A DNA stretch of 64,000 bases from Octopus sinensis. Its lineage: Eukaryota. The stretch lies in NCBI RefSeq assembly GCF_006345805.1, contig NC_042997.1, positions 90,644,001 to 90,708,000 of the forward strand, read 5' to 3'. The notes under the pieces are model-generated. The model was not told where the DNA came from and did no database searches. It worked only from the letters and a program-made list of their open reading frames with translations. A program made the translations under genes and the position numbers. Shown here piece after piece: positions 22,500 through 35,676 of this stretch (within the stretch, counting starts at the first letter, position 1; each line of letters starts with the position of its first letter).

Positions 22500-23715
22500 A
22501 TTCATGTAGTGCCAACGGCAAGACAAAGGAAGGAAGCCTACGGAGAAATAAGAACAGAGAAAGAATTACCACAGATGGGAATTTCAGAACACGCCTGAAG
22601 CATTGTGAGACGTCATAGTAACACAAGTAGCTCAGGTGTTGCAAAAAAGAAAGCAAACTAGAAGGCAAGATCCCAAACATCAGGTTAAAATATTTAACAT
22701 TATCTAGTTGAGAGACGTGTAGATTCTTGACTGAGATTGACACCTTTAGCCAACACGTTAAACTATGGTGGACTTGGATAGAAAAGCTATGGGAGAATTA
22801 TCAAAACATCTTTTGTATATAAACGATAAAGAACTGTATGTTACAGACGATAAATAAATGTAGCCGACAGTACTTGGAATAATTTATGAGATAGGGTTAG
22901 AAAAATGCGCCTAGGCAACCTTGAAGAGAGGAAAATTAAGAACATTAATATCAAGTTAGATTTTTAAACAGAACAGAGGTAAGAGAAATGGCCCAAATTA
23001 GACTTACAAATATTTAGAAATCAATGAATTGGACTGAGATCATTGATTCCAAAAAATCAATGAACTCTGTCTAGCTCATTGATAGACAGACACATACAAA
23101 TAAAAAAAAAAAAAGATTAAGAAAGAAAATCATAGACACATTAGATTAATAATTAAAACGTATCTAAATATATAAAGCAATAAATAGATATAAATAGATA
23201 TACTGCTATTGCAGTATTAAGTTATAAATGAAATATATTGAAATGGGCGTTAAATGAACAAGTAGAACTATCATGATTGTATTTAAAATACTCTACCCCG
23301 AATATGACACAAGATTCTATTAACAATGAAGTCAGAGAGTTGGGAGCCAAATACAAATAGAAATTTAGTCTATTAATATCCATAGTTGGACAACAAAAAT
23401 TCTAGCAAATAATAATGAATAGCTAATATAAATTGCTACAAAAACATGAACAAAACACAAAAATTTTTGGCGCAAGGAAGCTAAGAAATAAAAAGCAAAG
23501 CTGAAATGACAGATAGCAATGATAAGATTGTGGTAACAACTACAGAATTTGATAAATGGCAAAAAACTGAGATATAAATGGGGCTGCGAATTATCATGAT
23601 AAAGAACGATAACAAAATGCCCTGGAAAGTCAATGCTTGAAAGACTAAAGGTACCACCGGAAATAAAACAAAAGAAAAATTACAACACTGGCTGAGAAGC
23701 GTTGGATCCATCCGG
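22500..23715 (+). pseudogene. Old degenerate R4/Dong-like RT/thumb fragment
   Basis: Manual translation gives LYINDKELY, GLEKCA*ATLKRGK, TYKYLEINELD and KEKLQHWLRSVG. These are colinear with LYMDDLKLY, GFKQCAKVTMKRGK, TYKYLGIHELD and KEKSQQWLRSSG of 19586-21663. Confidence 0.65.
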
Positions 23716-23744
23716 CAGATGACATCAGGTGTTCAACACAACTT

Positions 23745-24000
23745 CACGAGTCAGTAATGCCTTCGGGTACCAGCCGAGTGCGTGCAGAACAGTTTCGTTG
23801 CTTTGCTCGCACTTGAGCATGCACATTTGATGGAATTTCTGTACCTGAAGAGTTTATTTCGAAGTGGCAATGCACCCACGCAGATTGTGCCAGAGATTTC
23901 AGGAAATTATCCATGGGACCCGATGCAAACGTCCCCCGGAAAACACCAGCCAGTTGATTTTCTTCGACTCTCAGTATCACACCGAGTACGTCGCCATTCT
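23745..24000 (-). pseudogene. Degenerate Tx1 ORF2 C-terminal (zf-RVT) fragment
   Basis: TFASGPMDNFLKSLA matches TFGPGPMDNFQRSLA. An alternate frame gives LPLRNKLFRY and EQSNETVLHAL. Confidence 0.75.
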
Positions 24001-24112
24001 CGCCCATTAAGATGTGACATAGACATAGATACATCAGAAGTTAAGTGGTTATTATTAATGATAATAATAATAACAATAACAATAATAATAATTATCATTA
24101 TTATAATTATTA

Positions 24113-24283
24113 GGAGTGGGAGTGGCTGTGTGGTAAGTAGCTTGCTTACCAACCACATGGTCCCCGGTTCAGTCCCACAGCGTGGCACCTTGGGCAAGTG
24201 TCTTCTACTTTAGCCTCGGGCCGACCAATGCCTTGTGAGTGGATTTGGTAGACGGAAACTGAAAGAAGCCCGTCGTATATATG

Positions 24284-24348
<65 letters not shown>

Positions 24349-24560
24349 TTGTGTCTGTGTTTGTCCTTCCTACATCGCTTGACAACCGATGCTGGTGTGT
24401 TTACGTCCCCGTAACTTAGCGGTTCGACAAAAGAGATCGATAGAATAAGTACTAGGCTTCCAAAGAATAAGTCCTGGGGTCGATTTGCTCGACTAAAGAC
24501 GGTGCTCCAGCATGACCACAGTCAAATGACTGAAACAAGTAAAAAAAGAGTAGAAAAAGA

Positions 24561-24561
<1 letters not shown>
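24113..24561 (+). mobile_element. Full-length SINE family S2 (tRNA-like head, internal (TG)n)
   Basis: GGAGTGGCTGTGTGGTAAG (A-box-like), GGTTCAGTCCC (B-box-like), internal (TA)n(TG)n and tail GACTGAAACAAGTAAAA...GAG. At least eight related copies occur in the window. Confidence 0.85.
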
Positions 24562-24632
<71 letters not shown>

Positions 24633-25186
24633 GCCCTGATGCAGTACCAGGCAGTGGCTCTCATGGCTTCTGATCTTAACTGATTGGAAGTGTTATCATG
24701 TACATTGTTTTGTCTTGGTATAAAAGATGGGCTACAGCAAATATTCTGCTCAATACCACAGATTTGCTTGTCAGTTGTTTGACCTTAACCAGTTGAGCAT
24801 GTCCCTTAGTAGCTGACGATATGTGCATCTCTGATCACGAGCAGAAGTAGTGGGGGAGCATCATAGCCATGTGTTGGGGGGGATTCTTTGGGGATTGAAT
24901 AATTCACCTCTGGAAACATGGGTGGTTCTTTCAACATCCTTAAACAACCCTTATTCAGAGACCTTTTGAGCGGGATGGGCTACTCAACCTGAAGAAAATT
25001 CTCACTGGGCCCCACCTGCAAGGTCATGTGCTGTTAATCTTGATATGAGATCACCATGTCGCGCACATATGGTTGTGATGCATGTGCCTGGTGTACCCTT
25101 ATCAGACGGGTAGTCATGATGGGTATATTGGGCTTCGTATATTTTACCCCAGTGTCACTTTGATGGCATGAACTGCTCTCTCACTC
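24633..25186 (+). mobile_element. Unclassified ~554 bp interspersed element E flanked by (TAA)n on both sides (true sense strand unknown)
   Basis: Three copies in the window (18802, 21855, 24633). No TIRs, Pol III boxes or ORF seen. Confidence 0.75.
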
Positions 25187-25381
<195 letters not shown>

Positions 25382-26099
25382 TTCATATACACAGTTACAA
25401 GAAATATTAAAACTAAGGAGTTCACAAAATGTATGGTGATGAATAAAAGCAAAGTTATATAAAAACGAAGAGAAAGACGTCATAGACGTCATACGGTGAT
25501 TTGATGTGCCCAAAATTGTCCGATAACACTTTGCATAGGACAACACTAAAAAATATCCCGCTTCTAAGGGATATTCTTGCTTTAACGAATGATAATATCC
25601 TGGTTTTATAGATACCAAAATTCTGTCTCTGGTGTGTCTCCTATGTTCCAACCCTTTGCACCATGAATACGTTAATGAGGTTCTGGTTCGACTATTAAAC
25701 ACGTATTTCATGACATCAATTTCTTGTTACGTTTTGCTTCCTCTTATGTCAAGATTTCCTTCTCTTTTTTTTTTCGGCTGGATCTTTTTCTTCCTCTTCT
25801 TTGCGTAATTTTCACTTCCTATCCGACATCATTTACCAGAAACACTAATGTAAAAACGTAAAAGAAAGAAAATACAAAGCAAAAATACAAACAAACGAAC
25901 AAAAAAAGCAAACAACAAAACTACAAACAACGAAAATAAAAGAACTGACGCTATGAACATTCATCTCGTAAATCATGAAGCAAGCAACATAAAGGCCGGG
26001 GGGAAGGAATCAGTCTAATTTGCATAACACTGACCAACAAAAATCTGAACCAGAGCTATATAAACATATATATGAAATAAAAAGGAAAAAGCTAAGAAA

Positions 26100-27230
26100 G
26101 CAAAATTTTAAAACTGAAATTTTGAAAATAACAATAAGTTAAAGATGGAAAGAGTTAAATAATTAAAATTGTTAGATCTTTTCATTGACCAACGAAAAAC
26201 TGTTCTAAAGATAAAACTTAATGATAAAATAGCAACAACAACAAAACCTGGTTGCCGTAAACCTAGTGAAAACATGTGAACATTAATATCAGCAGAATAA
26301 ATCAAGTGATCTATATAGTAACCACAGTAGTCACAAAGGAAAGTGGGTACTTCCTCAAAACTACTTATAGTGGAACATCTAAAGCCAAGCAAATAACATG
26401 GGAAACAAATATAGTGGTAGAAAAGAAAAGAAAATATCTTTCAATCTTAAACGACATCAACATCTAAAAGATACAAATGAAACAAAAAGAGAGAGAGAAA
26501 TATTACAGAAACACAAACGCAGCACAAAACGTACGCAAAATGATAGAATGCCTGAAACAAGAGAGCCACACCAATCACAAAGAATCTGTCATTATGAAAA
26601 GCGACAACGATCTTAAGACACAATAAGTAGGTCAAATCCAGTAGAAAATGTAAAAACAAAATAGAAATCAATGGAGCGCCAATAGCAAAAGAAGTGGAGA
26701 AATCTGAGGAATAAGTATGGACTGCAAATAGGTCGCCACGAACGAGAATATTCAAAATATCAAGTGAAGAACCTGAATAATCGTGAAAACAACAATAACC
26801 CGATCAAAGAAATAGTTCAGGTGTTACAAAGACAGGAATAGCAAGAAAGCACCAAGAAGTTTCAAACATCCGGTTAACATACTTAGCATGTACTTTTGTC
26901 AGGACAGATATATTTTACGTTATATTAAATGAATCAAGAACAACACCTGAGTAGTTCACCAAGGGAAGCAGTATACACAGCCTTAACGGCAGTAACTTCA
27001 GAAAATATATGAATACTCACGCGATTTTTTTTTAAGCTTCTCTTTCAGTATATAAACGTATGATATAAAAGCACATATGATCGTATTGAACAACAAAGCC
27101 ATAATCGAAAAATAACTAGAAAAAAGGGTTCTTAGCGTTGAATGGATTGTTTACCAGAAAAATTCTGATATTATTTCTTATTTGTGTGTTCTGAAAACAT
27201 TTTTCCTAAATAAAGCTGCATCAATAACAA
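26100..27230 (+). pseudogene. Old degenerate R4/Dong-like pre-RT and RT N-terminal fragment
   Basis: Manual translation gives RICHYEKRQ, IEINGAP..EVEK and KAIIEK...KRVLSVEWIVYQK, resembling the R4 motifs RIRRYEKR and NKAILE...LSxAWIDYKKA. Many stops. Confidence 0.5.
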
Positions 27231-27269
27231 ACAAGTACATCAAACATGAATAAATGGCAAACAATTCTA

Positions 27270-27426
27270 GGAGTGGCTGTGTAGTAAGTAACTTGCTTAC
27301 CAACCACAGGGTTCCGGGTTCATTCCCACTGCATGGCACCTCGGGCAAGTGTCTTCTACTATTGCCTCGGGCCGACCAAAGCCTTGTGAGTATATTTGGT
27401 TGACGGAAACTGAAAGAAGCCCATCG

Positions 27427-27491
<65 letters not shown>

Positions 27492-27576
27492 TGTGTGTGT
27501 GTGTATTTGTGTCTGTGATTGTCCCCCCAACAAGTCAAATGACTGAAACAAGTAAAAGACTAGAAGAGTAAAAGAG
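27270..27576 (+). mobile_element. SINE family S2, internally deleted
   Basis: Head and tail match 24113-24561; the post-microsatellite block is missing. Confidence 0.85.
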
Positions 27577-27946
27577 ATAAAAACAAGGGATTATAAAAAT
27601 GAATTTCACCTGTATTACGAATATTGCAAAGTGACTTCTTTTCTCCATTTCTTCTCTACCGGGTATTTGTAAAATAAAATTTGAAAATTGTTACCACAAA
27701 TTTGAACCACTTAGCAGTAAGAAACCAACAAGTCCAAATCCGATGTGTTTCAGTTGACTTAACAAATGCTATTTAACGAAATGTTACATAGCATAATTTC
27801 AACAATTAACAACCTTTGAACATAAACAGACGAACAAACTTACGATGATTTTATTGAAACCACAAAAAAAAAGTAGAACAGTCATCGTAAGTACGAACGA
27901 CTCGCATTGACATGTTACCGACACCACAACAGATATAACAACAACG

Positions 27947-28016
<70 letters not shown>

Positions 28017-28018
<2 letters not shown>

Positions 28019-28269
28019 CAAGAAGTGCAAAAGATTGTCTTAACTGGTACATCACACGTATTGAGAAGAGCATTGTCGATGTGAGAACTGTTGCTGCTCA
28101 TGTATTTTAATTTAACTTAAAAAAAAAAATAATTAAAAAAAATAAAAAATGAACGAACTACTGAGTTTGGTTTAATGGCCTACCAATGTATACTATGAGT
28201 TTCTTTGCCCTAGGAGTCGGGATGACACTCGGCAAGAAATGGAAGCAAGTTTGAAAGAAAAAAAAAAAA

Positions 28270-28270
<1 letters not shown>
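28017..28270 (+). mobile_element. 3' end of a second R4/Dong family (B) between (TAA)n tracts
   Basis: QEVQKIVLTGTSHVLRRALSM* is homologous to IQKIALLGTAHILRRTLSIQ*. It has a distinct 3' UTR, also found at 59586-59700. Confidence 0.75.
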
Positions 28271-28304
<34 letters not shown>

Positions 28305-28326
28305 CAACAACAACAACAACAACAAC

Positions 28327-28377
<51 letters not shown>

Positions 28378-29243
28378 TTCACATTTTGGCACATGGCCAG
28401 TAATTTCAGGGGAAGGGATGAGTCGAATACATTGACCCCAGTATTCAACTGGTATTTCTTTTAGCGAGCCCGAAAGGAGGAAAGGGAAAGTCGACCTCGC
28501 GGAATTTGAACTTAGAACATAGCAACGGGCGAAATGTCGCTAAGCATTTTGCCCGATGTGCTGACGATTCTGCCAGTTCGCCGCCTTAATAATAATAATA
28601 ATAATAATAATAACCTTTTCTACTATAAGCACAAGGTCCTAATTTGGGGGGGAGGGGGCCAGTCGATTAGATCGACCCCAGTACGCAACTGGTACTTAAT
28701 TTATCGACCCCGAAATGATGAAAGGTAAAGTCGACCTCAGCAGAATTTGAACTCAGAACTTAAAGGCAAACGAAATACCGCTAAGTATTTCGCCCGGTGT
28801 ACTGACGATTCTCCCAGCTCGCCGCCTTAATAATAATAATAATGGTTTCAAATTTCGCCACAAGGGCGGAACATTTGGGTGAGAGGGGTTAAGTCCATTA
28901 CATCGACCCCAGTTTTTCGCTAGTACTTAATTTATCGACCTCGAAAGGATGAAAGGCAAAGTCGACCTCGACAGATTTTGAACTCAGAACTTAAAGGTAG
29001 ACGAAATACTTTTTTCTTTACTACTCACAAAGGGCTAAACACAGAGAGGACAAACAAGGACAGACAAACGGATTACGTCGATTATATCGACCCCAGTGCG
29101 TAACTGGTACTTATTTGATCGACCCCGAAAGGATGAAAGGCAAAGTCGACCTCGGCGGAACTTGAATTCAGAACGTAGCGGCAGACGAAATACCGCTAAG
29201 CATTTCGCCCAGTGTGCTAACGATTCTGCCAGCTCGCCGCCTT
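28378..29243 (-). mobile_element. Four tandem same-orientation S1 SINE copies (28378-28587, 28614-28828, 28844-29009, 29010-29243)
   Basis: Each carries the B box and the GTCGACTTT..CTTTCATCC..TCGGGGTCGAT core. Copies are separated by short (TAA)n or directly abut. Confidence 0.88.
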
Positions 29244-29250
29244 AATAACA

Positions 29251-29890
29251 GAGAAAAAATATATATACCGCACAAGTGCATCGGCCCTCTGCAGAATATG
29301 TGGGAAAAAGGTTGAAAGTGTGACTCACATTGTTAGTGCTTGTGAAAGTCTTGCGCAGAAAGAGTACAAGCGTAGACACGACAAAGTAGCCCAAAAGCTC
29401 CACTGGCTACTATGCCGTAAGTATGGATATGAGATTACGGGTGCTTGGTACCAACATACATGAACGAAAAGGGGAAAGCAAAAATCCTCTAGGACTTTGA
29501 TTTCTAGACAGACAAAGTGTTAGAGCACCGAAGGCCGAATATAGTAACCATTAGGAAGGACAAACAAGAGTGTCTATTAATCGACGTAGCAGTGCCGGGA
29601 GATCAACATATCATCATGAAAGAAGGAGAAAAAGTTGATAAGTATGGAGACCTGAGAATTGAGATCGCTAAGATGTGACAGCTACGAGAGTCGAACATAA
29701 AGGTTATCCCAAATTATCATCGGAGCATTGGATTTAATACCACTCTATCTGAAAACCTTAGAGATACTCTACAATCTAGATGACTCTACAATCTAGATGA
29801 CTCTACAATCTAGATGTATCGCCAAAGTCGGTATTACTTGGAATGCATATTGCGTAAAGTACTGTCTGTCTAAGATCCTTGTGACTTGAC
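29251..29890 (+). pseudogene. R4/Dong-like C-terminal fragment (family C)
   Basis: CRICGKKVESVTHIVSACESLAQKEYKRRHDKVA..LHW, RRPNIV and LIDVAVPGD. Contains a 17 bp unit repeated three times at 29766-29816. Confidence 0.8.
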
Positions 29891-30789
29891 AAACAGTACA
29901 ATATCTTATTTAAACTGAAATTTAGATAAAATATTTAAAATTGTAAAATCGAAAAGTATCATTCCACGAATCTACAAGACAAAGTCCTTTAAAAAATACC
30001 TGCAGACTATTATTCAAGTAGCGAGTAGACTGCAATTACCACAGAATTTGCAGTACAGTCCGCCGTCTTCCGGCAAGTTCGGAGAGGTCCGTAACACTCA
30101 CAATATATAAATTTGCTTTAAAACCACCAAACAAAAGTTGTGTGGAATGGAATTCTGAGAAACGTCTCGAACATATGAAGATTTAGAAGTGGAATCGTAG
30201 ACGAGACAATTAAGTAGACTCATAAGCTTTAGATTCTCACAAACGTGACATACATGGTGCTAACTCTGATGTCTGATTCATTATCTGCCTGCACAGTTAG
30301 ATATATGGGTGAGGTGTAAATTATTTTTATTTTATGCATTTATTTACTTATAATTTTTTTTTTCCTTCGAAAATTCTTCTATACTGTAAAGTCCAATTTT
30401 GAGAAGCCTCTGGTATTCTAGCAAGTATGAACGCTAGCATTTCATTTAGAAAGCATTTCTTAAGACACAAAATATCCGTAGATGTTATCTTTTTCATAAT
30501 TTTTTCCTAATCGAATCAATCATTAATTATGTTAATTAGCTAACTCGATTAATTTGATACCCTAACTTTGTTTGGGTATCTATACGTGTTCACCGGAACA
30601 TTCAGGTACATTTCCAGCGTTTCCATATCGAAGCCATTCGGTCTTCGTTGAAATTCTTGTCTTCATCCTCATCTTTCTTTCTTCTTATTCTTCCGCTTTT
30701 CTTTTCAGTTGTCTTAGTTTTTCTCTTCATCTATAGCCTTCATCATCTTCGTCTTCTTTTTCCTCAGTCTCGAACATTTTTCCTCTCCT

Positions 30790-30995
30790 TCTTCTTCTTC
30801 TTTTCTTCTTCTTCTTCTTCTTCTTCTTCTTCTTCTTCTTCTTCTTTTCTTCTTCCTTCTTTTTCTTCTTTTTCTTCTTTTCTTCTTTTCTTCTTCTTCT
30901 TCTTCTTCTTTTCCTTCTTCTTCTTCTTCTTCTTCTTCTTCTTCTTCTTCTTCTTCTTCTTCTTCTTCTTCTTCTTCTTCTTCTTCTTCTTCTTC
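30790..30995. repeat. (CTT)n polypyrimidine microsatellite
   Basis: Direct reading. Confidence 0.95.
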
Positions 30996-31263
30996 CACTT
31001 TTTATAGACAGACCATCGATTTCCAAGATTCCACACTAGTTTATTTGATCATAGTTTTTTTCTTTCTTTCTTCCTTTCTCTCTTTTTTTTTTACTTCCTT
31101 GCTTCCTTCTTTCCTTCTTCCTTTTGTGTCTTTCTGCCTTCTTGCCTTTCTTTCTGTCTTCTTTGTCTTAGATTCTCTTCTACGTTGCTAAAATCTCACT
31201 TAATTCGCACTAATTCGTTTTACCTCGAATCGTTTTTCTTTCCGAACACTTTCATTTTTCATC

Positions 31264-31304
<41 letters not shown>

Positions 31305-31344
31305 GCACACACACACACACAGAAACACACACACAAACACATGC

Positions 31345-31375
<31 letters not shown>

Positions 31376-31837
31376 TGCTCACACACATACACACACACGG
31401 GCACACGCAGGCACACACGCACACAGACACTCACACACATGCACACACACTGACACCAGCTGATCACACACCACTCTACAAAGACACAAATTTCCTTCTC
31501 TTCCTCCTCTAACAGCACAACACCGTGGCTATCATAATCCCTTTCTCTCCTTCTTCATCCTCCTTCTGGGCTCCCGTGACATTCAATATTACTCTCTTTA
31601 ATTTTCTAGCATTACCCCAACCCATTATTTGTATATGTGTGCATATATGTGTGCGTATATGTGTGTGCGTATGTGTGTGTCTGCATATGTGTGTGTGTAT
31701 AGATAGATATGTATGTATGTACGTATGTATGTATGTATATATGTATGTATATACATATACATTAATATATTATATATTTGCATAAATATTTACATAATAT
31801 ACAGATGCGTGTGTATATATGTAATATATATATATAA

Positions 31838-31872
<35 letters not shown>

Positions 31873-32716
31873 TGTACGTATGATATATATATATATATCT
31901 ATATATATATATATTATATATATATATATTATATATATATATATATATACATATATGTATGTGTGTGTAAACACATATCTTCCTGATTAATGCTTGTATG
32001 AATGATATATAAATGAAAGTGCGTATGTATGTGCATATATATGTATGCATGTATACATGCATGTATGTGTGTGTGTGTGTGTGTATGTATGATATGTATG
32101 TATATATATGTGAGTGTATAAAGAGGGAGATATATATATATATATATTATATATATATATTGTTTTTTAAAAGGAACCAAACGTACAAATTACGAAGACT
32201 ATTGATAAAAGAGAAAGCAAAATGAAACAAATATGTTAGGTGGGCTCATAAACGTTGCCATAAAGGCGCGAATTCGAGTTACCCGCATTTTTATTAATAT
32301 CTACTATAATAATGCTCTTGCTTTTCTCCGTCACAAGATATGAATGAGAAAAGAAGGGGTGGTAGATGAATAAGGAAAGAAGGGGTGATGGCAAACTTGG
32401 TAGTGGGATTATGGAAATTCTACGGTAGAAAAAAAAATCAAAATGGCGCTTCAACTCTGAGTATATGTGTGTGTGTGTGTGAACATTCAACATTCAACGC
32501 TGAAAAGAAAAATCAAACAGCGTTTCAACTCTGTATAAGTATATGTGTGTATGTGTGTGCATGTACAAGGGAAGTATGTAAACGTTTACATGTGTGAACC
32601 AGGGTTCTTTCAGTAACAAACGATGATCGGATGTCACATCTCAAAATGCAACCTCTAGATAACATTGAGAAGTGTATTAATTTGAACTACCATCCATATT
32701 CTATCTTTTGTCCTTA

Positions 32717-32772
32717 TTTATATATAAAATACTAAAATTAGCCGTCATTTTTGTCGGCACGGGGCCAGCTAG
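32717..32772 (+). mobile_element. Possible minimal Helitron-type element or isolated Helitron termini
   Basis: TTTATATATAAAAT (5'-end-like) followed by GCCGTCATTTTTGTCGGCACGGGG-CCAG-CTAG|T (hairpin plus CTAG). Confidence 0.45.
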
Positions 32773-33002
32773 TTATTAATATTATTTCGCGATATTTTAC
32801 TATTACTGCATTTACAAGCGAAAGACGTTGATTTGAAACTTGTTGTTTTGAACAAAGTAAGTTTGGTTTAGCTGTACTATTTTGCTATAAAGCCAACTAG
32901 CATCTCCTGAGACTAATTGGTCTTTCGAAAGATTCGTCCCTTCGGACAAATTTCGAAGGTTTAAAAAGTGAATGCAGGGACGATCTGCTTTCTTTATAGA
33001 CG

Positions 33003-33221
33003 CATACGTGACTGTGTGGTAAAAAGTGTGCTTGCAACTACGTGATTCTGGGTTCAGTCCAACTGCGTGTTACCATGGGCAAATGTCTTCGACTATTGCC
33101 TTGGGCCGACCAAAGCCTTGAGTGGATTTGGTACACGAAAACCGATAGTAGCCCATCGTATGTGTGTGTGTGTGTGTAGTATGTGTGTCTATGTGTGTGT
33201 TTGTCCCTCACCATTGCTTGA
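33003..33221 (+). mobile_element. SINE family S2, 5' half
   Basis: Matches 24113-24380. Confidence 0.8.
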
Positions 33222-33269
33222 AGGGTGAATGGACCTTCTCACTTTCCTCCCTCTTAACAAACGTGGACG

Positions 33270-33820
33270 TATTCAGAATAAGTGGTGAGAATGCACATGG
33301 CCTTGGATCACCATAGAAGCATCCGCTCAACTATCTCACGTCATTGGATATAGATGCAATAGCCATCAGCGAGATCAGAATTTCCGATCCACAAAACCTT
33401 CATACCCATTTTCAGTGGATGCGTAATTTACGTATCTCTAAATCGACCAGGGTTGGTAGCCGGAGCTCCTGTGTTGTTTCGGAAGGACTTGGTGTTAGGA
33501 GATAAGTAGGAGTCCAGATGAGAACAGCAGCGAAGCGGATACCTTCAAATGAGTATCTATTAATGCTCCGACAGGGACAGGACAGCTAGATTTCTTGGGG
33601 CATCTTGGGGTTTTCCTCGGAATGTCCCACCCATTGGTACGAGTAAATACAAGAACTCCATCTAGGATGCACGTTTGGATTGCGTGGGGTTAGCTGATAA
33701 GAGGTGTAAAAGCCTCGCAAACCTGTTCAGTAATCTCCAACTAGCTGACTAGATTTCTAGAATGTACCAAAGTGGATATGGACAATTCGCATCAGGTCAT
33801 CCACAGCGCATCTCAGTAAA
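33270..33820 (+). pseudogene. Degenerate Tx1 ORF2 N-terminal APE endonuclease fragment
   Basis: ENAHGLGSP, DAIAISEIRI, VLFRKDL, LGVFLGMSHPL and DARLDCVG are colinear with NARG, IIAISETRL, VLFHKSL, LEVFLGTSRPL and DTHLDYVG of the full element. Confidence 0.75.
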
Positions 33821-34307
33821 GTATTCTGAAGGCCAGTAATTAAGGATAGCATACATTGTTCATATTTTAATAACGTCGGTTACACAAAGCACAAATTTGC
33901 GATCTGTATGGTCGAACTAGTTTTGTTTTGTAGGCAGGAACCGGTTTCTGGAAACTGTACGGTTGGCTCCCGGCGCGCCAAGCTTACATTAAGCGGATTA
34001 GTTAAGCTGGTATTGACAGAGGTAATCGTCAACAGCAAATGGTAGGTCCTTGAACTTTTAAATCAAGAATTTTTTTTAAATTTTGTTTACAATAGTTTTC
34101 CATGATCCGCGTTTAATACATATCTGTGGAATATATCGTCAGACACCTATTTTAACGTTGTATCGGAAGAATTTGTGTAAATTCTAACTGGATAGAATTT
34201 GAACTAAGGCATTAAGAGACGTAACTTTAAGTTTCTTTATTACACGATATTTATTTCGACACTACGGATTCCGCTATTCGTAGCTGTTTGTGTGTGTGAT
34301 TGTGTGT

Positions 34308-34368
<61 letters not shown>

Positions 34369-35639
34369 TGTGTGTATGTGGCTGTGTATCTGTGTCTGCG
34401 CGCACGAGTGCGCACCTAGTATGTATGAAAGTATGTATGCATGAAAATACAAAGAGTAGATAAAAGGCCAATATATTTTTTTCTTTTATCTTTATTTGGT
34501 AATGGTATACATATTTTTACTTTAATTTATATCGTTGCACTTACTCTCTCCTCCATTTCTCCACTTGCTTCTTTGCTTGTTCTCCTCTTCTCCCCTCCCT
34601 CTCTCTCTTTGTAGTCCTATGTGTATGCTTATATAGGTATATATATTATATATATATATATATATACACTTGTTATTTTTGCACACACACACGCACACAT
34701 ATGCTATACATGGTAATAATAGCCATGATGGTACCGTTGACGTTAGCGGCGGTGACAATGGTGGCAATGGTTCTGAAGTTATGGATGTTCGCTTATTCCG
34801 TGTCAAAATTCTATTTCCATAGTGTTGTCTCTCCAAGCTGCCATTATTTCAACCATCGCTTGACAGATGACGTCTGGTCGCTGACGAACAAATGCCACCG
34901 ACTCACTCTTCCCCATTGACAAGGGAGATAATACATATACACAAACAAAAGACTGACAATCACAAAAGAGTTCTAATCGCTGTCCAAGCTGAATGAGAAT
35001 TACCTCTGTGCGTCCATATTTCAACTGCCAATTTTTCTTTTCTTTTTCATTTTTTCTTTCTTCTTTACTCTTACGTTTTCTTTTTCTTACATAATTTATC
35101 TTCTATTATTTTTGTTTACTAATGTCTTTTTTAACTCTTCGACAGCTAAGGACGAGAAATATCGTCTTTAAAATAGAAACTCAGTTGGCTGCATAGAGAG
35201 ATAAATGAATGGTCTTTCTTTCTACATGAACGTAATATTATAAATTTGGCAGAAGGCTCCCTTGCGATATTTTCCCTCCGTCATATTGATGAGAGTAATA
35301 AATATTGATTTGATAATATTTATTTCATCGACTCTGGAGAAATAAAAGACCAAATCGATCGCAGAGTGTCTTCAACTAAAGAACATAAGCGTTAAAACAA
35401 ATGAAAGAAACTGATTACGAACAGGAATCGAACTTGCATCGTTGGATCCAAGTTATTGAAAGCAGAAACAGATATATGAAAGTTGCTTACAGGCTTGAGC
35501 GTGCGTGCGTCTCGGATATCCTGATCTGGATAATGAGTTCTTCATCTAAGTACAAGATCGAATGAGTACCACAATAACTTCTGTGTAAATAGAAAGAGCC
35601 AACGGGTTAGATTTCTCCCCAATTTAGGAGAAGAAGGTT

Positions 35640-35676
35640 TGAATAGAAGGGTGGGGTTGAAATCGTGTCCTTTATA
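35640..35676 (-). promoter_or_regulatory. Candidate TATA plus Inr core promoter (arm 1)
   Basis: TATAAAGG at 35676-35669 and CT-A-TTCA with the A at 35644, 32 nt downstream. Confidence 0.3.

Noticed and set aside
29766-29816. 17 bp direct repeat x3 (ACTCTACAATCTAGATG), superficially array-like
   Set aside because: No spacers; a slippage duplication inside a dead R4 fragment, not CRISPR. No cas genes and a eukaryotic context.
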